A DNA stretch of 64,000 nucleotides from an uncultured delta proteobacterium (lineage in GTDB: Bacteria; Myxococcota_A; Polyangia; Polyangiales; Polyangiaceae), in contig CAWJCS010000002.1 in NCBI GenBank assembly GCA_963841435.1, forward strand, positions 384,001-448,000. Direction: 5' to 3'. Below, in pieces: positions 30,847 to 38,534 of the stretch; position 1 is the stretch's first letter; the number at the start of each line of letters is the position of its first letter. The notes beneath the pieces were generated by a model. It was not told where the DNA came from. It saw only the letters and a list, made by a program, of their open reading frames with translations, and searched no databases. A program made the position numbers and the translations under genes.

Positions 30847-31119
30847 ATGAGCGCTCAGGGAAGCTCGGGAGCTCTCGATCGAGCCGGGAACGGCGGCAGC
30901 GCCGCGCTCGAACGGCTACGCCGCGGCGAGATCACGCTGGACGCGTACCTCGATTTTCGTGCAGACGAGAGCGTCAAGGCGCTCTCAGGCTCCATCCCGG
31001 AGGAGCGGCTCGAGATGATCCGTCTTGCCATGCGCGAACAGCTCGCCACCGATCCGGTGCTGCTCGCGATGGTGGAGGCCGTGACCGGCGGCAAGCCCGA
31101 GGCGAATCCGGCGCGCTGA
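30847..31119 (+). CDS. Small helical hypothetical protein upstream of the sigma factor
   Basis: LERLRRGEITLDAYLD...ERLEMIRLAMREQLATDPVLLAMV. Confidence 0.65.
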   Translation: MSAQGSSGALDRAGNGGSAALERLRRGEITLDAYLDFRADESVKALSGSIPEERLEMIRLAMREQLATDPVLLAMVEAVTGGKPEANPAR

Positions 31120-31134
31120 AACGAGGGGGCTGGC

Positions 31135-31875
31135 TTGACTGACCGAGCGCCGACACCGCTGAGACCTCGCGCACCGGGTGTGGAGGACCCAGCGGAAGTG
31201 CTCGCCAGATTCCACGAGCACCTCGAGCTCGTGAACATCATCGCGGCGCAGGTGCGCCGGAGCGTCGGCCCGTCCGCCGATCGCGACGACCTCGTTGCCA
31301 ATGGGCGCGAAGGCTTGCTCGAAGCCGCGCGGCGCTACGACGCGACCCGGGGCGTCCCCTTCAAGCTCTACGCCAACTACCGGGTGCGCGGAGCCATGAT
31401 CGACGGCGTCCGGAAGTCCGCCGCGCTGCCGCGCCGCACCTACGAACGCCTCGTCGCGCTCCAGGCGTCGAGCGCGGTGAGCGAAGGTGAGCTCGAGCAT
31501 TCCGGCGTTGCGAAGTGGTTGCCGACGGACGTTGCCGAAGCCGAGGATCTCTTGGCCGAGCACCTTTCGGGCATGGCGGCGGCCGCTGCTCTCGCCACGC
31601 TGACGGGCCGCGGCTACGACGGCGACGCTCGCACCGAGCCCGGAGCGTCCGTTTCGCCCGAAGAAGAGCTGTCGCGCGCGGAGCTCATCGCCCGGGTGAA
31701 GCAAGCCGTCGAGGAGCTGTCGCCGGAGGCTGCGGCCGTCGTGAGGCGACACTATCTCGAAGGCGAGCGGCTCGAAGACATCGCGCGCGACTACGAGATG
31801 AGCAAATCGTGGGCGAGCCGCCTGCTCACGCGTACCACCGCTCGGCTCGCGAAACGCCTCGCGTCACTCGCCTAG
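31135..31875 (+). CDS. RNA polymerase sigma factor, FliA/WhiG (sigma-28) family
   Basis: DDLVANGREGLLEAARRYDATRGVPFKLYANYRVRGAMIDGVRK...LPRR (region 2 and 3 start); C-terminal HTH LEDIARDYEMSKSWASRL; start uncertain. Confidence 0.88.
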   Translation: MTDRAPTPLRPRAPGVEDPAEVLARFHEHLELVNIIAAQVRRSVGPSADRDDLVANGREGLLEAARRYDATRGVPFKLYANYRVRGAMIDGVRKSAALPRRTYERLVALQASSAVSEGELEHSGVAKWLPTDVAEAEDLLAEHLSGMAAAAALATLTGRGYDGDARTEPGASVSPEEELSRAELIARVKQAVEELSPEAAAVVRRHYLEGERLEDIARDYEMSKSWASRLLTRTTARLAKRLASLA

Positions 31876-31899
31876 CGCCATCCAACGAGGAGCGAGTGG

Positions 31900-32235
31900 C
31901 TAGGGCTCTTGACCGGGCCTTGGCCGCAACCCGCTCGACATGGCCGTAACGAGCCAGACACCCATGGCTTCCGCCGCCGGGCCGTCGGCAGTGAGCTCCA
32001 CGCCACCGAGGCGCGTGCGCCGCTCGTCGTAGCTTTCGCCCGCTTCGGTCATGTGGCGCCCGAGATCGTCGAGGTCGAGCAGCACGGGGTAGGCCTCACC
32101 GTGAACGTCGAAGAAGGGCTCGAGATACTCGGGAACCCAAGCTGGCTGGACGTGCACGCGAAACGCCTCGTTTTCCTCGACGCAGAAAAGATCGAGGCGT
32201 GCGCTCGGACCCCGCCTCCCTGGCCGGCTCGTCAT
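31900..32235 (-). CDS. Hypothetical protein
   Basis: Globular-looking acidic ORF directly downstream of the kinase on the same strand. Confidence 0.55.
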   Translation of the reverse strand: MTSRPGRRGPSARLDLFCVEENEAFRVHVQPAWVPEYLEPFFDVHGEAYPVLLDLDDLGRHMTEAGESYDERRTRLGGVELTADGPAAEAMGVWLVTAMSSGLRPRPGQEP

Positions 32236-32286
32236 GCACACGAAGATAGCACCGTCCAGGGCCTCGCGGGGCGCAGGACCACGTCC

Positions 32287-33162
32287 CTAGCGCGCGAGGA
32301 ACCCGAGCAGCTCCGCGCGGAAGGCGTCGGCCGACCGAGGGCGATGCTCGGGACGAGGCTCGAGGGCACGCATCACGACGGCGTCGAGCCCGTGCGCAAT
32401 GGGAACCGACGAGACCCGGGAGGGCGGCGACGGCCGCTCTCTACCGCCGTCATGAGGCCCGCGACCCGTGAGCATCAAGTAGAGGACGGCGGCGAGCGAG
32501 TAGAGGTCGCTCTGGGGCCCCAGACGTTCGCCGCGACCCGCCTCGGGGCTCATGAAACGCAGCGACCCAACGACGGTCCCCGTGTCCGTAGGAACCACGG
32601 GGGGCGCCGGAGCAGCGGGCGGCGCGCCGGGGAGAACGCGGGCGAGCCCGAAATCGAGGACCTTCAACGTACGGCGAAAGCCAGGTGGCGCGTGCAAGAA
32701 CAGGTTCTCCGGCTTCACGTCGCGATGAACGACGCCGAGCCGATGGGCCGCCGCGAGGCCGGAGAGAGCCTGGCAGGCGAGGTCGACCGCTTCCGGCCCT
32801 GGCAGACGCGTCGAGCGCGAGAGCTCGCGAGCCAGCGTGTGGCCCTCGAGCAGCTCGAGGACCAGGCAGGGGTTGTCCCCCGCGAACCAGAAGTCCACGA
32901 TGTCGACGACGTTGGGATGGCGAAGCCCCGCGATGATCTGGGCCTCGACGCGGACCCGGTCCAGAAGGCTCGGATCCTTCGCGCGGAACGGGTAAAGCAC
33001 CTTGAGCGCAAACTGCTTGAGCAACACCTCGTGCTCGACGAGGTACACGGCGCTCATCGCACCCCCACCCAGGCGCCGCAAAAGCCGGTAGGGCTGCCCC
33101 GCGACCAGATCCTCGGCCGCGGTCGAGGGGCCGACGGGTAGGCGGCGGGTCGTGTGGCCCAC
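32287..33162 (-). CDS. Ser/Thr protein kinase, kinase domain only
   Basis: LGGGAMSAVY, FALKVL, HRDVKPEN, DFGLA, FMSPE, DLYSL; start approximate. Confidence 0.92.
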   Translation of the reverse strand: MGHTTRRLPVGPSTAAEDLVAGQPYRLLRRLGGGAMSAVYLVEHEVLLKQFALKVLYPFRAKDPSLLDRVRVEAQIIAGLRHPNVVDIVDFWFAGDNPCLVLELLEGHTLARELSRSTRLPGPEAVDLACQALSGLAAAHRLGVVHRDVKPENLFLHAPPGFRRTLKVLDFGLARVLPGAPPAAPAPPVVPTDTGTVVGSLRFMSPEAGRGERLGPQSDLYSLAAVLYLMLTGRGPHDGGRERPSPPSRVSSVPIAHGLDAVVMRALEPRPEHRPRSADAFRAELLGFLAR

Positions 33163-33182
33163 GGGCGCCAAGCTACCATTCT

Positions 33183-33209
33183 TGCAACGCAAGCGCTGCC
33201 GTGGCCGAT
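33183..33209 (+). promoter_or_regulatory. Putative sigma-28-like promoter (TGCAACG-N14-GCCGAT) for the kinase at 33222
   Basis: TGCAACG 33183-33189, GCCGAT 33204-33209, between the two divergent kinases. Confidence 0.7.
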
Positions 33210-33221
33210 TGCGTGAGGTCG

Positions 33222-34340
33222 ATGCCGACCTCAGAGCACCCGCCGTCGTCCGACCCGTTCGAGGGCACGCCCTACCGTGCGCTCGAGCGACTCGCTGCGG
33301 GCGGCATGGGCGAGGTCTTCGTCGTGCAGCATCGTCAGCTCGGCCGCACCTTCGTGGCCAAGGCACTGCATACGCCGCTCTCTCGGCACCCCCAGGTCGT
33401 GGATCGCATGCGACTCGAGGCCCAGTCGCTCGGTCGTCTCAACCACCCGAACATCGTCTCCGTGTCGGGGTTCGGTCTCACCAAGGACGGCCGTCCGTTT
33501 CTGGTGATGGAGCATCTGGGCGGTCGCACCCTCCAAGAGGAGCTCGCCGAACGCGGTCGACTGCCCGCGAGCGAGGCGCTCCTCATCGCGGACCAGCTGC
33601 TCGCCGGGCTCGAGGCAGCGCACGGGCTCGGCATCGTCCACCGCGACGTGAAGCCGGACAACCTCTTCCTCGCCGACGTGCCGAACGTCGGGCGCGTCCT
33701 CAAGATCCTCGACTTCGGCGTCGCTCGCGTGCTGCCCGACGCCCCTCCGACCGCGCCTCGTCCGCTGGCGGTGCGGACCGAGACCGGCGCCGTCGTCGGC
33801 ACGCCGCGGTTTCTGAGCCCGGAAGCGGCCAGTGGCTCGCGCGTGGACGTCCGCGCGGACCTCTACGGCGTGGGGCTCGTGCTCTACGCGATGCTCACCG
33901 GCAGAGGCCCGTTCGATCACCTGGCCGACGACGACCTCGTGCCGGCCCATGCGCTCGAGGCGCCGGCGGCGCCGTCCACCATCGTCGGAGCGGAAGTCTC
34001 GCCGCGCCTCGATCAGATCGTGCTCCGCGCCCTGGCCAAGGATCCCGCGGAGCGCTTCCAGACGGCTCCGGATCTTCGGGCGGCGCTGAATGGGCTCGCG
34101 GGCGATCGCTCGCTCGGGAGCTCGCCGCCTGCGCCGGTCACGACCCGGGTGGCGCCCCCGCTATCGGTGCCGCAAGGCTCGGGCTTTGGCGTGACCGACC
34201 ACGAGAGCGACCGTCGTCCAAGCGTTCGCCCACCTCGCGGCCCGTCGAAGCTCGTGCTCGCCGTGTTGTTTCTGCTCGGCCTCGTCGTGTCCGGCGTCGG
34301 AGCGGCGGCGCTCGTCGCGCTTTTGCTCGGCCGTCGCTGA
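33222..34340 (+). CDS. Ser/Thr protein kinase with C-terminal TM helix
   Basis: LAAGGMGEVF, HRDVKPDN, DFGVA, FLSPE, DLYGVG; hydrophobic C-terminus. Confidence 0.93.
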   Translation: MPTSEHPPSSDPFEGTPYRALERLAAGGMGEVFVVQHRQLGRTFVAKALHTPLSRHPQVVDRMRLEAQSLGRLNHPNIVSVSGFGLTKDGRPFLVMEHLGGRTLQEELAERGRLPASEALLIADQLLAGLEAAHGLGIVHRDVKPDNLFLADVPNVGRVLKILDFGVARVLPDAPPTAPRPLAVRTETGAVVGTPRFLSPEAASGSRVDVRADLYGVGLVLYAMLTGRGPFDHLADDDLVPAHALEAPAAPSTIVGAEVSPRLDQIVLRALAKDPAERFQTAPDLRAALNGLAGDRSLGSSPPAPVTTRVAPPLSVPQGSGFGVTDHESDRRPSVRPPRGPSKLVLAVLFLLGLVVSGVGAAALVALLLGRR

Positions 34341-34492
34341 GCGGCGAACCCAGGCGCCGATGCGGCCATGGAACCGCGGACGTGAGTACCGCGCCGGGCT
34401 CGCGCGAAGCGGCCTCGGAGTCTTGGCGTCCCCCGCGAGTCTGGGCGTTCGCTACGTCTTCTGAGTGCGCCGCAACGTTTGGCACGCGTCTC

Positions 34493-37267
34493 TCACGGCG
34501 ACCCGACGCGGTCGAGGTGCCACTGGTAGTGGATCGTGCCGCCGAGGCCGTCCGGTAGGTCGTAGCTGCCCTCGATGGATTGGCCGTCGTCGGAAACGGC
34601 GAGAGGCTCGGCCATCCGCCACCAGTTGATCGTGGTGGGCGAGTACAGGGTCTCGTCCACGCTCAGGTCGTTGCAGTTGCTCACCTCGGTCATCTCGGCG
34701 GCGGTGATACCGGAAGCGACGTACTCCTGCGGATCGACATCGGTGATGACGTTCAGGTTGGCGGAGGTCGTGCCGTAGGCGAGGGGGTCGTACTGTCCGT
34801 CGAGCATGGCCCCGGAAGCGCTCTGCAACGTCCGGCACGCGGGGACGCGACTCGGGAAATCGTAGAGGGCGTCGAAGGTGTAGCTCCCGCTGCCGGATTT
34901 GACCCGGAAGGGCACGGAGCCCTGCTCGGGCGGTGCGAGGGGGTCGAACTCGAACGTCACCTGCGCCGTGGTGCTCGTCGTGAGGGTGCCGAGCCCGGCG
35001 AAAGGCGAATCCTGGTCGCTCGTGACCGTGCCGGTCCAGACGAGCGCGCAGGGCTCGGACTTCGGATGCACGTGCAAGGGTCCCGAGACGCGCTCTCCGG
35101 CCCGCAGCGCATGATTGGCGAGCACCAGCAAGATGCGATCGAAGCTGCCACGTCGCGTAACGGTGGCCGGCCCGTCGTCGAAGCAGAACGTGACCTGGTT
35201 TTCGTCGCTAAAGTCGTAGGGCTGTGCCACCCAGTCGTCCGTCGTGCGGACCAACGCGAGCACGTCGAGCCGATCCGTCGGCGAGAGCTCGGAAAAATCG
35301 AGCTCGACCTGGTGCGTACGCGTGTCCGCCACGTCGAGCTCGACGTAGCGCGCCGTGAGGTTTTCGAAGTCGAGGCTGAGGTCGAAGTCCTGATCCGCGT
35401 TCAGGGTCCCCGACTCCTTGGGTGGACCGTGCTTGTCTGGAAACTGCGCTGGATCCAGATGGACGTAGCGCTCGGTTTCGGGCAGGGGATCACCGGGCAC
35501 GAGCTCGTCGTTCAGATTTCTGAGAGCGAAGCGTCGGAAGTGCTCGTCGAAAGGAAACGCGGCGTCGATGATGTCGTCCGCTTGCTCGAGGGTCGCGTTG
35601 TCGGCGAGCCCGCCCAGGCCATTCCAGATGGAGGCCATGAAGTCCGCGCCTCCGGTCTCTTGTTCGACGAAGTAAGGCCAGATGTAGGCCGCGTAGTCGT
35701 GAGGGTCCGCGAACGCGACGTTGAGCGCAGCGTGGGACGGCAGGATTCGCTGCAGGAAGCGCAGGTGGGCCGAAACGTAGGAGGCCCTCCCGTCCGGCCA
35801 GGGCGCGAGCGTGCGATCGAAATACGCCCCGGCCCAGGTGGCAGAGGCCTCGACGAACCATTGCTTCGCCGCCATGGACGCATTCCCCTGAGACCTCTTG
35901 CCCGCCCACCAGACTCCATGCGCGAGCTGGAGCACGTGAAAGAGCTCGTGGCTGACCGTGAAGTGAAACCGGGACAGGTACAGCTGCGGGCGGGGCAACA
36001 TCACGAACGCGCTCGCCGCGTGTCCGACGTAGGGCAGGTCGTTCTCGGTATTTCCCCGGGCGTCCGGGGCGTAGCCAACGCCCGAACGATGCACGCGGCT
36101 TCCCGGGTCCACGATGTAAAAGTCGATGGCATCGTCCCCACCCCCCAGGTCGAGGAGCGGCGGGCCCATCAGCGCCGTCTCGGGGCCAAAGACCTTGTCC
36201 AGGATCCCAAGCGTCAAATCCAAAAGGCGCACGCTCTCTGCGTCGTGCGCGACGTCGCCCGTGCACTGCGCCCACGCCCGGACCGGCCGCGTTCCGCTGC
36301 GCTTCGAAACCCAGCTCCCGGACTCGGGTGGGCAGGCTTCGGGGGCGGGCAGCACGGCGGCCAGCACCGCCCGCTGCGGCGCATCCGGCCCGAGCACGTC
36401 TGGGAGCGTGACCTCGTTCCACGCGCTCGAGTCGTCCGGCGGTCGCACTCTGTACCGCTCGAGCGCCGCCAGCGCTCCGGGCGAGAGATTCGATCGCTCG
36501 CTCTCGATCTCTTGGGACAGCAGCGAATCCTCCTCCTCCGAGCCCCAGCCGCGGAGCTCACTCGGCAGCCGGTCGTCACCGAAGAGCGCGTACTCGCGGT
36601 AGAGCAGCGACGTTTCGTAGTCGATGGTCCCGGCTTGCTCGGCGTCACGGATCAACGCCTGGGACGTGGGCTCCGTGTTGACGACGGATACGTCGAGCGA
36701 TGCCAGCGCGGTAGCGCCGCCGCCCGTTGCCGTCAGGCCGAGGGCCAGGTCCGTGCCGGCGGCGAGCGCACCATCCAGCATGATCGGAAGCTCGCCCACC
36801 CCAACCGCGCCCGGGAGCACCAGCACGTCGGCGTCGATGCCCTGCGTCGCTCGCGTCGTGATGCTGACGGGATCGGTGAACCCCGCATCGCGCGTGACCG
36901 TCACGCGCAGCACCGCGGTCGCGCCACGCGGCGCCGAGAGCTCAGCGGGCTCGACGGTCACCCTGAACCGCGCCGGCACGTCCCCACTCCCTCCCTCACC
37001 GGCGTCGGCGGCACCGGAGCCGCCCCTGCCGCTCACCGACGACCCGCTACTCCCACCCGCCCCGTCGCCCGCGGCGGACGCCGCTTCGCCACCCTGACCG
37101 CTCTCCGCCCTCGAGCCGCCGGCTCCAGCGGACGACGCGCCGCCCTTCCCGGCCAAACCCGCGCCGCTCGACCCGCCACCTCCCGCGGGACCGTCGTCTC
37201 CGCAGGCGGCAAACATTCCAACGACGACCACGACGACGAGGCCCTGGCCTCTGGCGAAAAGAATCAC
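34493..37267 (-). CDS. Large lipoprotein with HExxH zinc-metallopeptidase-like domain
   Basis: VVVVVGMFAAC lipobox, Gly-rich linker, TVSHELFHVLQ, then WFVEASATWA; start approximate. Confidence 0.75.
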   Translation of the reverse strand: MILFARGQGLVVVVVVGMFAACGDDGPAGGGGSSGAGLAGKGGASSAGAGGSRAESGQGGEAASAAGDGAGGSSGSSVSGRGGSGAADAGEGGSGDVPARFRVTVEPAELSAPRGATAVLRVTVTRDAGFTDPVSITTRATQGIDADVLVLPGAVGVGELPIMLDGALAAGTDLALGLTATGGGATALASLDVSVVNTEPTSQALIRDAEQAGTIDYETSLLYREYALFGDDRLPSELRGWGSEEEDSLLSQEIESERSNLSPGALAALERYRVRPPDDSSAWNEVTLPDVLGPDAPQRAVLAAVLPAPEACPPESGSWVSKRSGTRPVRAWAQCTGDVAHDAESVRLLDLTLGILDKVFGPETALMGPPLLDLGGGDDAIDFYIVDPGSRVHRSGVGYAPDARGNTENDLPYVGHAASAFVMLPRPQLYLSRFHFTVSHELFHVLQLAHGVWWAGKRSQGNASMAAKQWFVEASATWAGAYFDRTLAPWPDGRASYVSAHLRFLQRILPSHAALNVAFADPHDYAAYIWPYFVEQETGGADFMASIWNGLGGLADNATLEQADDIIDAAFPFDEHFRRFALRNLNDELVPGDPLPETERYVHLDPAQFPDKHGPPKESGTLNADQDFDLSLDFENLTARYVELDVADTRTHQVELDFSELSPTDRLDVLALVRTTDDWVAQPYDFSDENQVTFCFDDGPATVTRRGSFDRILLVLANHALRAGERVSGPLHVHPKSEPCALVWTGTVTSDQDSPFAGLGTLTTSTTAQVTFEFDPLAPPEQGSVPFRVKSGSGSYTFDALYDFPSRVPACRTLQSASGAMLDGQYDPLAYGTTSANLNVITDVDPQEYVASGITAAEMTEVSNCNDLSVDETLYSPTTINWWRMAEPLAVSDDGQSIEGSYDLPDGLGGTIHYQWHLDRVGSP

Positions 37268-37469
37268 AGCAGACGGTGCGCGCGAGCGCGGGCGATAGCA
37301 ACACAAAGGGTGAAGCGATCCATTCCGATCCACGTTCCGGCGGGGTATTCAGTCCTCCCGGCGAAAAATGCGGCAAGGTCGCCCCGCGCATCGGTCGAGT
37401 GTGCCAGAGTTTGCGTCGGCCTCGACGCCCAGCGGGGCCACGGCTGAAAAAAAGGAACCCGAGCGCACG

Positions 37470-38534
37470 ATGCCCGATCGAGAACGGCTCGGGGGACCGC
37501 CTCCGAGGGTCGCGGTGCTCGCGCCCATTTCTTGGCGCGTCCCCCCCGTGCACTATGGGCCCTGGGAGCAATTCGTGTCCCTGTTGACGGAGGGTTTGGT
37601 CGAGCGGGGTCTGGACGTGACGCTCTTCGCGACGGAAAACTCGGTCACCCGGGCGCGCCTGGTGGGGAGCGCGCCGTGTGGATACTCCGAGTCGGCGAGC
37701 ATCGACGCGAAGGTGTGGGAGGCGTTGCACATCTCGGCCTGCTTCGAGCGCGCCTCGGAATTCGATATCATCCACAATAGCTTCGACTTTCTGCCTCTCG
37801 CGTTTTCCGGGCTCGTCGAGACCCCGGTCGTGACCACGATCCACGGATTTTCTTCGGAGCGGATACTCCCCGTCTATCAGAAGTACGACGCGACGAATCA
37901 CTACGTCGCGATCAGTGATGCCGACCGGCACCCGTCGCTCCACTATGCCGCGACCATCCACCACGGCATCGACATGGGCGCCTTCGAGCTCGGCCGAGGT
38001 GCGCGAGACCACTTGCTGTTCTTCGGACGCATTCACCCCGACAAGGGAACGGCCGAGGCCATTTCGATCGCACGTCTTTCGGGCCTTCCGCTCGTCATCG
38101 CTGGCATCATTCAGGACCGCGCCTACTTCGCGAAGGCGGTAGAGCCTCACATCGACGGCAAGCAGGTCACGTTTCTGGGTCCGATTGGTCCCGAGCGGAA
38201 GAGCCAGCTGCTCGGCAGCGCGCGGGCCCTCATTCACTACGTCAGCTTCGACGAGCCTTTCGGGTTCAGCGTCGTGGAGGCGATGGCGTGTGGAACACCC
38301 GTGATCGCAACGCGGCGCGGCTCGATGCCGGAGCTGATCCGCGACGGCCTCAACGGCCGCCTGGTCGAGACCCTCGCCCAGGCAGCTGACGCCGTGGCAA
38401 AAATGCGGGACCTGCCGCCTGCAGCCGTGCGTGCCTCCGTCTCCGATCGCTTTCGCGACGATCGCATGGTCGACGACTACCTGGCCTTGTACCGGCGCAT
38501 TCTGGCCGGGCGCGCCGCGCAGGCACGCCCTTGA
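37470..38534 (+). CDS. Glycosyltransferase family 4
   Basis: VPPVHYGPWE, FFGRIHPDKG, FDEPFGFSVVEAMACGTPV. Confidence 0.92.
   Translation: MPDRERLGGPPPRVAVLAPISWRVPPVHYGPWEQFVSLLTEGLVERGLDVTLFATENSVTRARLVGSAPCGYSESASIDAKVWEALHISACFERASEFDIIHNSFDFLPLAFSGLVETPVVTTIHGFSSERILPVYQKYDATNHYVAISDADRHPSLHYAATIHHGIDMGAFELGRGARDHLLFFGRIHPDKGTAEAISIARLSGLPLVIAGIIQDRAYFAKAVEPHIDGKQVTFLGPIGPERKSQLLGSARALIHYVSFDEPFGFSVVEAMACGTPVIATRRGSMPELIRDGLNGRLVETLAQAADAVAKMRDLPPAAVRASVSDRFRDDRMVDDYLALYRRILAGRAAQARP

Noticed and set aside
31117-31143. TGAAACG-N14-ACTGAC upstream of the sigma gene as a ninth promoter copy
   Set aside because: Mismatches in both boxes and it overlaps the annotated start; possible but not counted
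33160-33186. Minus-strand TGCAAGA-N14-CCCGTG for the kinase at 33162
   Set aside because: Correct spacing but both boxes are degenerate; not counted
34580-37447. Long antisense ORFs, e.g. 34580..37447(+), 46818..48518(-), 48540..50612(-), 53088..55193(-), 60958..63150(-)
   Set aside because: Shadow frames of real high-GC genes; Arg/Ala-rich with no recognisable motifs
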